From Pseudomonas aeruginosa (GTDB lineage Bacteria; Pseudomonadota; Gammaproteobacteria; Pseudomonadales; Pseudomonadaceae): DNA of 32,000 nucleotides. Every line of letters starts with the position of its first letter. Within the stretch, counting starts at the first letter, position 1. The notes below the pieces were generated by a model. It had not been told where the DNA came from, did no database searches, and saw only the letters and a list, made by a program, of their open reading frames with translations. Shown here in pieces: positions 11,586 to 20,509 of the stretch. The translations under genes and the position numbers were made by a program. The stretch lies in contig NZ_LN831024.1 in NCBI RefSeq assembly GCF_001457615.1, forward strand, positions 3,330,001 through 3,362,000, written 5' to 3'.

Positions 11586-11608
11586 CGTCCGGGAAGTCTT
11601 CCCGGACG
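11586..11608. promoter_or_regulatory. Perfect inverted repeat in the exaB-exaA intergenic region
   Basis: CGTCCGGGAA-GTC-TTCCCGGACG: 10-bp arms, 3-nt spacer, ending 112 nt before the exaA ATG. Confidence 0.75.
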
Positions 11609-11720
11609 AATCGGGCGATCTTCCGTTCCCGTCGGCGCGCCCCGCTTCCACCATGAAGCCGCCGCGGCCCGAGCAGCGGCCTGCCGTTTCTCGACCCTCA
11701 CTCCAAACGGGAACCCGATC

Positions 11721-13592
11721 ATGACAACAAGAACCTCACCCGCCCCTGCCGGCCTCCTGCGCCCGAGCCTGCACTGCCTCGCCTTCGCCGTCGCCCTGGG
11801 CAGCGCTGGCGCCGCGCTGGCCAAGGATGTGACCTGGGAGGACATCGCCAACGACGACAAGACCACCGGCGACGTGCTGCAGTACGGCATGGGCACCCAC
11901 GCCCAGCGCTGGAGCCCGCTCAAGCAGGTCAACGCCGACAACGTGTTCAAGCTGACCCCGGCCTGGTCGTACTCCTTCGGCGACGAGAAACAGCGCGGCC
12001 AGGAGTCCCAGGCCATCGTCAGCGACGGCGTGATCTACGTGACCGCCTCCTACTCGCGGCTGTTCGCCCTCGACGCGAAGACCGGCAAGCGCCTGTGGAC
12101 CTACAACCACCGCCTGCCCGACGACATCCGCCCGTGCTGCGACGTGGTCAACCGCGGCGCCGCGATCTATGGCGACAAGGTGTTCTTCGGCACCCTCGAC
12201 GCCTCGGTGGTGGCGCTGAACAAGAACACCGGCAAGGTGGTGTGGAAGAAGAAGTTCGCCGACCACGGCGCCGGCTACACCATGACTGGCGCGCCGACCA
12301 TCGTGAAGGACGGCAAGACCGGCAAGGTCCTGCTGATCCACGGCAGTTCGGGCGACGAGTTCGGCGTGGTCGGCCGCCTGTTCGCCCGCGATCCGGATAC
12401 CGGCGAGGAAATCTGGATGCGTCCCTTCGTCGAAGGCCACATGGGCCGCCTGAACGGCAAGGACAGCACGGTGACCGGCGACGTCAAGGCGCCCTCCTGG
12501 CCGGACGATCGCAACTCGCCGACCGGCAAGGTCGAATCGTGGAGCCACGGCGGCGGCGCTCCCTGGCAGAGCGCCAGCTTCGACGCCGAGACCAACACCA
12601 TCATCGTCGGCGCCGGCAACCCCGGCCCGTGGAACACCTGGGCGCGCACCGCCAAGGGCGGCAACCCGCACGACTACGACAGCCTCTACACCTCCGGCCA
12701 GGTCGGGGTGGACCCGAGCAGCGGCGAGGTGAAGTGGTTCTACCAGCACACCCCCAACGACGCCTGGGACTTCTCCGGCAACAACGAACTGGTGCTATTC
12801 GACTACAAGGCCAAGGACGGCAAGATCGTCAAGGCCACCGCCCACGCCGACCGCAACGGCTTCTTCTATGTGGTCGACCGCAGCAACGGCAAGTTGCAGA
12901 ACGCCTTCCCCTTCGTCGACAACATCACCTGGGCCAGCCACATCGACCTGAAGACCGGCCGCCCGGTGGAGCGCGAGGGCCAGCGCCCGCCGCTGCCGGA
13001 ACCGGGGCAGAAGCATGGCAAGGCGGTGGAAGTATCGCCGCCGTTCCTCGGCGGCAAGAACTGGAACCCGATGGCCTACAGCCAGGACACCGGCCTGTTC
13101 TACGTGCCGGCCAACCACTGGAAGGAAGACTACTGGACCGAGGAGGTCAGCTATACGAAGGGCAGCGCCTACCTTGGCATGGGCTTCCGGATCAAGCGCA
13201 TGTACGACGACCACGTCGGCAGCCTGCGCGCCATGGACCCGGTCAGCGGCAAGGTGGTCTGGGAACACAAGGAACACCTGCCGCTCTGGGCCGGGGTGCT
13301 GGCCACCGCCGGCAACCTGGTGTTCACCGGCACCGGCGACGGCTACTTCAAGGCCTTCGACGCGAAGAGCGGCAAGGAGCTGTGGAAATTCCAGACCGGC
13401 AGCGGCATCGTCTCGCCACCGATCACCTGGGAACAGGACGGCGAGCAGTACCTCGGCGTGACCGTCGGCTACGGCGGCGCCGTACCGCTGTGGGGCGGCG
13501 ACATGGCCGACCTGACCCGGCCGGTGGCCCAGGGCGGTTCCTTCTGGGTATTCAAGCTGCCCAGCTGGGACAACCGCACCGCCAGCCGCTGA
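11721..13592 (+). CDS. exaA: PQQ-dependent (quinoprotein) ethanol dehydrogenase ExaA (623 aa)
   Basis: [58 protein letters not shown]...; propeller motifs such as [17 protein letters not shown] and [12 protein letters not shown]; [21 protein letters not shown] has the adjacent-Cys disulfide region of quinoprotein ADHs. Confidence 0.98.
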   Translation: MTTRTSPAPAGLLRPSLHCLAFAVALGSAGAALAKDVTWEDIANDDKTTGDVLQYGMGTHAQRWSPLKQVNADNVFKLTPAWSYSFGDEKQRGQESQAIVSDGVIYVTASYSRLFALDAKTGKRLWTYNHRLPDDIRPCCDVVNRGAAIYGDKVFFGTLDASVVALNKNTGKVVWKKKFADHGAGYTMTGAPTIVKDGKTGKVLLIHGSSGDEFGVVGRLFARDPDTGEEIWMRPFVEGHMGRLNGKDSTVTGDVKAPSWPDDRNSPTGKVESWSHGGGAPWQSASFDAETNTIIVGAGNPGPWNTWARTAKGGNPHDYDSLYTSGQVGVDPSSGEVKWFYQHTPNDAWDFSGNNELVLFDYKAKDGKIVKATAHADRNGFFYVVDRSNGKLQNAFPFVDNITWASHIDLKTGRPVEREGQRPPLPEPGQKHGKAVEVSPPFLGGKNWNPMAYSQDTGLFYVPANHWKEDYWTEEVSYTKGSAYLGMGFRIKRMYDDHVGSLRAMDPVSGKVVWEHKEHLPLWAGVLATAGNLVFTGTGDGYFKAFDAKSGKELWKFQTGSGIVSPPITWEQDGEQYLGVTVGYGGAVPLWGGDMADLTRPVAQGGSFWVFKLPSWDNRTASR

Positions 13593-13600
13593 TCCCCGCG

Positions 13601-13624
13601 CCGCGCCCTGCGAGGCGCGGCTTT
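13601..13624 (+). terminator. Possible weak terminator or hairpin after exaA
   Basis: CCGCGCC-CTGCGA-GGCGCGG followed by CTTT; short T run only. Confidence 0.45.
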
Positions 13625-13645
13625 CCCCGCCTGCGGAGTATCCCG

Positions 13646-14293
13646 ATGAAGACCTTCCTCCTCTGCGCCGCCCTGCTCGGCGCCGGCCTGGCCCAGGCCG
13701 CCGACGACATCGACGACGTCCGCGTCATCGCCGGCTGCCGCCTGGAGCCCGGCGCGCGCTGCGCCAAGGCCGACTTGCGCGGCGCCGACCTGCGCAACCT
13801 CGACCTCGGCCGCATCGACCTGGCCGGCGCCGATCTCTCCGGCGCCGACCTGCGTCACGCCAGGCTCGACCTGGCCAACCTGGAAAAAGCCAACCTGCGT
13901 GGTGCCGACCTCACCCGCGCCAGCCTGCAGCAAGCCAACCTGCGCGGCGCCGACCTCTCCGGCGCCAGGGCGGTGGCGATCCAGGCCTGGGGCCTGTTCG
14001 CCCAGGGCGCCCAGTGGCAAGGCGCCGACCTCACCGCCGCCTACCTGGAGTTCGCCCGTCTCAGCGGCGGCCGCCTGCACCAGGCCACGTTGCGCGCCGC
14101 CGACCTGGAGATGACCTGGCTGTCCCGCGCCGATCTCAAGGGCGCCGACCTGCGCGACGCCAACCTGCAGGAAGTCAAGCTGGCCGAGGCCAACCTGGAA
14201 GATGCCGACCTGCGCGGCAGCAAGGTGCGCTTCGGCAACTTCCAGGGCAGCAACATGCAGGGTTGCAAGGATTGCCCCGCGGGCTGGCAGTGA
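13646..14293 (+). CDS. Secreted pentapeptide-repeat protein (215 aa)
   Basis: Signal peptide MKTFLLCAALLGAGLAQAA, then tandem A(D/N)LxG/x repeats (ADLRGADLRNLDLGRIDLAGADLSGADLRH...). The ORF track starts it far upstream, but the ATG at 13646 fits the signal peptide. Confidence 0.88.
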   Translation: MKTFLLCAALLGAGLAQAADDIDDVRVIAGCRLEPGARCAKADLRGADLRNLDLGRIDLAGADLSGADLRHARLDLANLEKANLRGADLTRASLQQANLRGADLSGARAVAIQAWGLFAQGAQWQGADLTAAYLEFARLSGGRLHQATLRAADLEMTWLSRADLKGADLRDANLQEVKLAEANLEDADLRGSKVRFGNFQGSNMQGCKDCPAGWQ

Positions 14294-14319
14294 AGCGCCG
14301 GACAGCAGCGACGGCCCCC

Positions 14320-14997
14320 CTAGCCGAGGCTGCCGCGAGCCTCCTCGGCGAGCGGCAGCGGCAGGCCCAGCCGCAGCACGCCGCTGTCGATGGCCCGGTG
14401 CACCAGTTCCGCCTGGGTACTCACCTGCAACTTCTGCTTGAGCAGGCTGACATGGTTGGACACGGTCTTGGCGCTTACCCCCAGGTGCTCGGCCACCTCG
14501 CGCAGGGCCAGGCCACGCGCGAGCAGGCGGAAGATCTCGAACTCGCGACGGGTCAGCCCGCGCAACGCTGCCCCGCCCTGCTCTTCCCACGACTGGCAGG
14601 CCAGGCGCGTGGCCAGGGGCTGCTCCAGATAGAGCTGGCCGGCGAGCACTCGCCGTATCGCCTCCAGCAGCACCGTCGGCGCCGCTCGCTTGGTCACGTA
14701 GCCGCGGGCACCGGCATCCAGCGCCTGGCGCACCAGGGCCAGTTCGTCGTGGAGGCTGAAGAACAGCACACGCAACTGCGGCAGGCGCTGGCGCAGCCGG
14801 CGAGTCAGTTCCAGGCCGCTGATGCCCGGCAGGCCGAGATCGACGATGACCAGCGAAGGAATTTCCCGCTGCACCGCCTGCAAGGCTTCTTCGCCGTCGC
14901 CGGCCTCGTTCACCTCCACGTCGGGGAGCAGCCCGCGCAACAGCGCGGCCAGCCCTTCGCGGACCACGAAATGATCGTCCACCAGCAGGATCTTCAT
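14320..14997 (-). CDS. eraR: LuxR/NarL-family response regulator EraR (ExaE)
   Basis: MKILLVDDHFVVREGLAALLRGLLP...IVDLGLPGISG...LTRREFEIFRLLARGLALREVAEHLGVSAKTVSNHVSLLKQKL. Confidence 0.92.
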   Translation of the reverse strand: MKILLVDDHFVVREGLAALLRGLLPDVEVNEAGDGEEALQAVQREIPSLVIVDLGLPGISGLELTRRLRQRLPQLRVLFFSLHDELALVRQALDAGARGYVTKRAAPTVLLEAIRRVLAGQLYLEQPLATRLACQSWEEQGGAALRGLTRREFEIFRLLARGLALREVAEHLGVSAKTVSNHVSLLKQKLQVSTQAELVHRAIDSGVLRLGLPLPLAEEARGSLG

Positions 14998-15009
14998 CGT
15001 CCTCTCCTC

Positions 15010-15660
15010 TCAGTCGTCGCGTTCCAGCGGCATCCGCAGGCGCAACGCCAGGCCCTGTCCGGGACGGCTGCGCAGGCTCAGTTCAGCGCCCAGGCAGCGC
15101 GCGCGCTGGCGCATCGAGTCCAGGCCGAAGCCGGGTGCCGGGTCCGCCGCGCAGCCGCGACCGTCGTCGCGTACGCTCAGGTAGAGAAAGCCGCCACGGC
15201 ATTGCAGGCGGATCCGCACGCGGCTGGCGCCGGCATGCCGGGCGACGTTGTTCAGCGCCTCCTGCAACAGGCGGTAGAGATGGGTCCCGGCCGCCGCATC
15301 CAGGGGCGGCAGCGGACCGCCCAGGCGCAGCTCGCAGGCGATGCCCTGACCTTCCTGCCAGTCCGCCACGCAGGCGCGCAGCGCCTCGTCCAGCGACTGG
15401 CGTTGCAGGGCCGGCGGCGGTAGACCGCGCAGCAGCGCGCGGAAGCTGTCGTCCAGCCCCTGGCAGTAGCGCTCCAGGCGTGCCAGCGCCGGCTGCCCGT
15501 CGCCTGCCGTGCAGCGCAGCAACAACAGTTGGGTGCGGATGCCCGTCAGGTACTGGCCGATATCGTCATGCACCGCCTGGGCCAGCAAGCGCCGCTCGCG
15601 CTCCTGCACGGCGAGCAGCCAGCGGTACTCCGCCGGGCCGGCGGGTCGCAGGTCATCCAT
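15010..15660 (-). CDS. eraS: Cytoplasmic NarL-type sensor histidine kinase EraS (ExaD), HisKA_3
   Basis: MDDLRPAGPAEYRWLLAVQERERRLLAQAVHDDIGQYLTGIRTQLLLL...ALNNVARHAGASRVRI...VRDDGRGC. The ORF track extends to 15828, but the N-terminal extension looks non-coding and overlaps a separate small ORF. Confidence 0.85.
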   Translation of the reverse strand: MDDLRPAGPAEYRWLLAVQERERRLLAQAVHDDIGQYLTGIRTQLLLLRCTAGDGQPALARLERYCQGLDDSFRALLRGLPPPALQRQSLDEALRACVADWQEGQGIACELRLGGPLPPLDAAAGTHLYRLLQEALNNVARHAGASRVRIRLQCRGGFLYLSVRDDGRGCAADPAPGFGLDSMRQRARCLGAELSLRSRPGQGLALRLRMPLERDD

Positions 15661-15668
15661 GGCGTGGC

Positions 15669-15809
15669 TCAGGGGGCGATCCGACAGGCCTGTCCGACGG
15701 CGCAGGCGGCAGGTCTTTCCTGGCCGAGGTGGCGGGAATAGAGGAAATCGAACCCGAGCAGGCTGAGGATCAGCAGGATGGGCAACACCAGGGTGACGGC
15801 GATGCGCAT
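15669..15809 (-). CDS. Candidate small single-pass membrane protein (46 aa)
   Basis: MRIAVTLVLPILLILSLLGFDFLYSRHLGQERPAACAVGQACRIAP*. AGGAG with 8-nt spacing before the ATG; ends 8 nt before the likely eraS start; absent from the ORF track. Confidence 0.6.
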   Translation of the reverse strand: MRIAVTLVLPILLILSLLGFDFLYSRHLGQERPAACAVGQACRIAP

Positions 15810-15871
15810 GGCGGCGACTCCTGTCCATTGTCGTTGTCGAGACATGCTAGGACGCGCGGAGCCACGGCGTG

Positions 15872-15994
15872 CTACTACCTTGGTACTGCCGGGCCGCTAC
15901 TTTTGCGCGGCCACCCGCCTCCAGCCGCCCTTGCGGGCGCCGCCGATGCAGCAGGAGCGCTGCGCAAGCGCCTGGTCCTGCTACTTTGGTACTG
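15872..15994. promoter_or_regulatory. Repeated motif in the eraS-erbR intergenic region
   Basis: CTACTACCTTGGTACTG (15872-15888) and CTGCTACTTTGGTACTG (15978-15994) match at 15 of 17 positions. A degenerate copy, CCGCTACTTTTGCG, begins at 15894. Confidence 0.6.
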
Positions 15995-16324
15995 GTTCAC
16001 CCCTCCGGACGTCGAATTTCCAAAGCAGCGCGCCTGCCCTGTAATGACGCATACAAGAAGAAACGACGAGAAGCCGCCATGCCCCGCCTTGCCTTGCCCC
16101 GCGTAGCGCCCGACTACCCTGCGGCGGTCCCGCCGCAGTACCGAGTTTGCCTTCTCCGCCTACCCGGCCGCCGACGCTCCGCGACGCGTCCCCGGCAGCG
16201 CGCGGCGGAACGCCCGCCCGCTGGGCTATCGCGCCCACGACTGCTACCGTGAGCGCATTCGCATCCGCCCGCGTGCCCCGAGCCGCCACCAGCCGCCCAT
16301 AACGACAATAACGAGGTGCAGGCC

Positions 16325-16990
16325 ATGTACAAGATCCTGATCGCCGACGACCACCCGCTGTTCCGCGAGGCCATCCACAATGTCATCGCCGACGGATTCC
16401 CCGGCAGCGAAGTGATGGAAACCGCCGACCTCGACAGCGCCCTGGGCCTGACCCAGGAACACGACGACCTCGACCTGATCCTGCTCGACCTGAACATGCC
16501 CGGCATGCACGGCCTCAACGGCCTGATGAACCTGCGCAACGAGGCCCCGACCATTCCCGTGGTTATCGTCTCCGCCGAGCAGGACAAGCAGGTGGTGCTA
16601 CAGGCCATCACCTACGGCGCGGTGGGCTTCATCACCAAGTCCTCGCCACGCGCGCAGATGACCGAAGCCATCGAGCAGATCCTCAACGGCAACGTCTACC
16701 TGCCCTCGGACGTGATCCGCACCCAGAAGAGTTCGCCGCGACGCAGCGGCCACGAAGAACACGGCATCTCCCCGGAACTGCTCCAGGCCCTGACCCGCAA
16801 GCAGCTGCTGGTGCTGGAGCGGATGACCAAGGGCGAGTCGAACAAGCAGATCGCCTACAACCTGGACATCGCCGAGACCACGGTGAAGGCGCACGTCTCG
16901 GCGATCCTGCGCAAGCTCAAGGTACACAACCGGGTCCAGGCGATCCTCAGCGCCGGCGACATCGACTTCGCCGCCTACCTGCGCCGCTGA
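16325..16990 (+). CDS. erbR: LuxR/NarL-family response regulator ErbR (AgmR), 221 aa
   Basis: [42 protein letters not shown]...[13 protein letters not shown]...[51 protein letters not shown]. Confidence 0.93.
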
Positions 16991-16999
16991 GACCCGCCG

Positions 17000-17862
17000 A
17001 TGCCCGACCGCCGTACCCTGCTGCTCACTGTCCTGGCGATGCTGGCCTTCGCCGGCAATTCGCTGCTCTGCCGCGCGGCGCTGAAGGACACCGCCATCGA
17101 CGCGGTCAGTTTCACCGCCCTGCGTCTCTTCTCCGGCGCCCTCATGCTCGCCGTCCTGCTGCATCTGCGCCGGCGCCCGGCCACGCCCGCGCGCGGCGGC
17201 TGGCGCGGGGCGGCGGCGCTGTTCGTCTACGCGGCCGCGTTCTCCTACGCCTACGTGCAGCTGGACGCCGGCACCGGCGCGCTGCTGCTATTCGGCGCGG
17301 TACAGGTCACCCTGCTGCTGGCCGGCCTGCTGCGCGGCGAACGGCTGGGCGGACAGGCGCTGCTCGGTTTCCTGCTGGCCCTGGGCGGCCTGCTGTTCCT
17401 GTTGCTCCCCGGAGCCAGCGCGCCGCCGCTGGGCGGTGCCCTGCTGATGCTCCTGTCCGGCCTCGCCTGGGGCCTCTATACCCTGCTCGGCCGCGGCGGC
17501 GGCGATCCGCTGGCGGTCAGCGCGGGCAACTTCCTGCGTGCCCTTGCCTTCGCCGCCCTGCTGCTCCTGGCATTCCACGGGCAGTTGCGGCTGGACGGCG
17601 CCGGGCTGGCCTATGCCCTGCTTTCCGGCGCCCTCGCCTCCGGCCTCGGCTACGCCGTCTGGTACAGCGCACTGCCGGGGCTGACGGCGATCCAGGGCGC
17701 CTCGGTGCAGCTCAGCGTGCCGGTGCTCGCCGCCCTCTGCGGCGCCCTGCTGCTCGGCGAGCCGCTCGCCCGCGATTGCCGCCGGCGACCCTGGCGGTGC
17801 TCGGCGGGATCGCCCTGATCCTCGCCCCGCGCCTGGGCCGCGCGGCGCGCGAAGGCGCCTGA
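17000..17862 (+). pseudogene. EamA/DMT-family transporter with an apparent 1-nt frameshift near the 3' end
   Basis: MPDRRTLLLTVLAMLAFAGNSLLCRAALKDTAIDAVSFTALRL... with about ten hydrophobic helices. The listed frame ends at 17818 in EPLARDCRRRPWRCSAGSP. Adding one nt near 17773 gives EPLARRLPPATLAVLGGIALILAPRLGRAAREGA* ending at 17862. Confidence 0.7.
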
Positions 17863-17863
17863 A

Positions 17864-20509
17864 TCAGACCGAGGCTTCGCGCTCCAGCAAGTGGCAGAGC
17901 GCGGTCTTCAGCTTCATCGGCCGCACCGGCTTGTGCATCAGGGTATGGCCAAGCTCGCGGACCTGCTGCTTGAGCTCGTTGCTGTAGTTGGCGGTGATCA
18001 TCAGCGCCGGCAGCGGCGAGCCGCGCCGGGCGTTGATCGCGGCGACCGCGTCGACGCCGTTGCGCTGGTCGTCGAGGTGATAGTCGACGATCAGCAGGTC
18101 GGCCTCGGCATGGTAGTTGTCGACCTGCCGCGCCAGGTCTTCCTCCGACAGCGCCGTCACTACCCGGCAGCCCCAGGCTTCGAGCAACGTGCGCATGCCT
18201 GCGCAGATCGCCGCATCGTTGTCCAGCACCCACACCCGCGAACCACGCAGGCGCTCGCGCAGGTCGTCCGCGCTGGCCAGCGGCTCGGCGCGACTGCGCG
18301 GGGCATGGCGGGCCAGCGGTACCTCGATGGCGAAGCATGAGCCCTTGCCCGGCAGCGAGCCGACCCGGACCCGGTGGCCGAGCATGCGGGCGATCTTGTC
18401 GACGATCGCCAATCCCAGGCCGAGCCCGCGGTCCTGGTGACAACGCTGTGACTCGCCGCGCTTGAATTCCTGGAAAATCTCGCCGAGCTTGTCGGCGGCG
18501 ATGCCCACCCCGGTGTCCCAGACCTCGATCGACAGGCGCTGCCGATGCCGGCGGCAACCCAGCAGCACGCGCCCTCGCGGGGTATAGCGGATGGCGTTGG
18601 AAAGCAGATTGCGGAGGATTCGCGCGAGCAGTTGCTGGTCGCTGCGGACCAGCGCCCCGCAGGCCACGAAGTCCAGGCGTAGCCCTTCGCTGGCGGCTAC
18701 CTGGCGGTACTCCGCGGCCAGGTTGCCGAGCAGTTCGCCAAGCTCGAACGGGGCGATGTCCGGGGTGATCACGCCGGCGTCCAGCTTGGAAATGTCCACC
18801 AGGGTGCCGAGCAGGTTCTCCACGTCCTCCAGCGAATGGCTGATGTTGTTCACCAGCGCCTCGTTGTCCCGCGTCGCGCTGCCGCGCTCCTGCAAGGCGC
18901 TGGTGAACAGCCGCGCGGCGTTCAGCGGTTGCAGCAGGTCGTGGCTGACCGCCGCGAGGAACTTGGTCTTCGACAGGTTGGCCTGTTCCGCCTCGCGCTT
19001 GGCCTCGCGCAGGCGCGCCTCGACCTGGCTGCGCTCGTGGATCTCGCGCTTGAACTGGTCGTTGAGGGTGGTCAGCTCGGCGGTCCGCTCGCGCACCCGC
19101 TGTTCGAGGTTCTGGTAGGCCTGGTGCAGCGCCTCGGCGGTCCGCCGGCGCTCGGTGATATCCCGAATCAGCACGAACAGCCCGGCGACCCGGCCGTCGG
19201 CCTGGCGGTTCGGCACGTAGGAGCGCTGCATGTAGCGCTCCTCGCCGGACAACGCGGTCTCGGCGATCTCGAAGGTCACGCTTTCGCCGGCCAGAGCCCG
19301 CTCGAAGTACGGCTCCAGGCGCCGGCAGTGCTCGGCGCCATGCACGTCGCGCAGGCAGCGGCCGAGCATCGAGCCGCTGGGCCAGCGGTACCACTCCTCG
19401 TAGACCTTGTTGGTGAATTCGTAGACCAGTTCGTCGCTGAGATAGGCGATCAGCGCCGGCACCTGGTCGGTGATCAGGCGGATCCAGCGCTCGCTGGCAC
19501 GCAACGCCTCGGCGTGGCGATAGCGTTCGGTGATGTCGGTGAAGGTGTTGACGAAGCCGCCGGTGGGCAGTGCATGGGTACGGATCTCCAGCACCCGGCC
19601 ATCGAACAGGCGCTGCTCGCGGGCGCTCAGCGGACTCCCCTGGGAGTCCTGGCTACGCGGCGTGAGCAACGGCAATTCGCTCTCCGCCATGACTTCGGCG
19701 AAGGCCCGGTGCCCGGCGATCGGGGCCAGCCCGCAGAGCTCCAGGAAGCGCCGGTTCCACAACTCCAGCACGCCGTCGGCACCGACCATCGCCACGCCCT
19801 GGGAGAGATTGTCCACCGCCCGCTGCAACAGGTGCGACTTCTGCGCCAGGGCCTGCTCGCGGCGCGCGGTCTCGCTGAGCTTGATCTCGGTGACGTCGCT
19901 GTAGAGCACCGCCAGCCCGCCGTCGCGGGTCGGTCGCTCGCTCATCCGCAGCCAGCGCTCGTCGCGCAGGCGGTACAGGGTCTGCTGGTCGCCGCCGCGC
20001 TGCTCCTCGACGATCAGCCCGCCGCTACGCGCCAGCCGGTGCAGTTCGGCGCGACGCATGCCAGGACCGATCCGCGCCCGGCTGTCGATCCACAGCGCGC
20101 GGAAGCGCTCGTTGAACAACACGATGCGTTGCTGCGGATCGAACAGGACGAAGGCGTCGGAGATGCTTTCGATGGCGTCGAGCAGATGCTGGTGGGCGGT
20201 CTCGGCACGCAGGCGAGCGTCGCTGAGCAACTGGTTGCTGGCCTTCAGTTCGAGCATCGTCTGGCTCAGCGCGTCGGTGCGCTCGCGGACCTGCTCGGCC
20301 AACACCACGGAATACTGGAAGGCACCGTAGGCCTCGTCGCTCTGCGCAGCGCTCGACTCGATGCGTCCGATCAGCGCCTGGTTGATCCGCTGCAACTTGT
20401 GCCGCTCTTCTTCGAGGGCGACGACCCGCGCCTGCAGCTCAGCGACGGACACCTCCGCGGGGTCGGCCAATGGCGACCCCGGTGAAGGTCTGGTTGATAT
20501 GCATGCCAT
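17864..20509 (-). CDS. nahK: Multi-PAS hybrid sensor histidine kinase NahK (ErcS')
   Basis: 881 aa, several PAS/PAC segments, coiled coil, H-box LAAVSHDLLQPLNAARLF, N-box NLLSNAIRYTPRG, G-box GLGLGLAIV, C-terminal receiver (VWVLDND, LLIVDYHLDD). Confidence 0.9.
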   Translation of the reverse strand: MACISTRPSPGSPLADPAEVSVAELQARVVALEEERHKLQRINQALIGRIESSAAQSDEAYGAFQYSVVLAEQVRERTDALSQTMLELKASNQLLSDARLRAETAHQHLLDAIESISDAFVLFDPQQRIVLFNERFRALWIDSRARIGPGMRRAELHRLARSGGLIVEEQRGGDQQTLYRLRDERWLRMSERPTRDGGLAVLYSDVTEIKLSETARREQALAQKSHLLQRAVDNLSQGVAMVGADGVLELWNRRFLELCGLAPIAGHRAFAEVMAESELPLLTPRSQDSQGSPLSAREQRLFDGRVLEIRTHALPTGGFVNTFTDITERYRHAEALRASERWIRLITDQVPALIAYLSDELVYEFTNKVYEEWYRWPSGSMLGRCLRDVHGAEHCRRLEPYFERALAGESVTFEIAETALSGEERYMQRSYVPNRQADGRVAGLFVLIRDITERRRTAEALHQAYQNLEQRVRERTAELTTLNDQFKREIHERSQVEARLREAKREAEQANLSKTKFLAAVSHDLLQPLNAARLFTSALQERGSATRDNEALVNNISHSLEDVENLLGTLVDISKLDAGVITPDIAPFELGELLGNLAAEYRQVAASEGLRLDFVACGALVRSDQQLLARILRNLLSNAIRYTPRGRVLLGCRRHRQRLSIEVWDTGVGIAADKLGEIFQEFKRGESQRCHQDRGLGLGLAIVDKIARMLGHRVRVGSLPGKGSCFAIEVPLARHAPRSRAEPLASADDLRERLRGSRVWVLDNDAAICAGMRTLLEAWGCRVVTALSEEDLARQVDNYHAEADLLIVDYHLDDQRNGVDAVAAINARRGSPLPALMITANYSNELKQQVRELGHTLMHKPVRPMKLKTALCHLLEREASV

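Noticed and set aside
12095-14293. 732-aa + strand ORF
   Set aside because: Mostly off-frame reading of exaA; only the part from 13646 (pentapeptide-repeat protein) is supported.
13646-14293. Repetitive DNA in the pentapeptide gene as a CRISPR-like or satellite array
   Set aside because: The periodicity is 15 nt in frame and explained by the pentapeptide protein repeat; there are no spacers.
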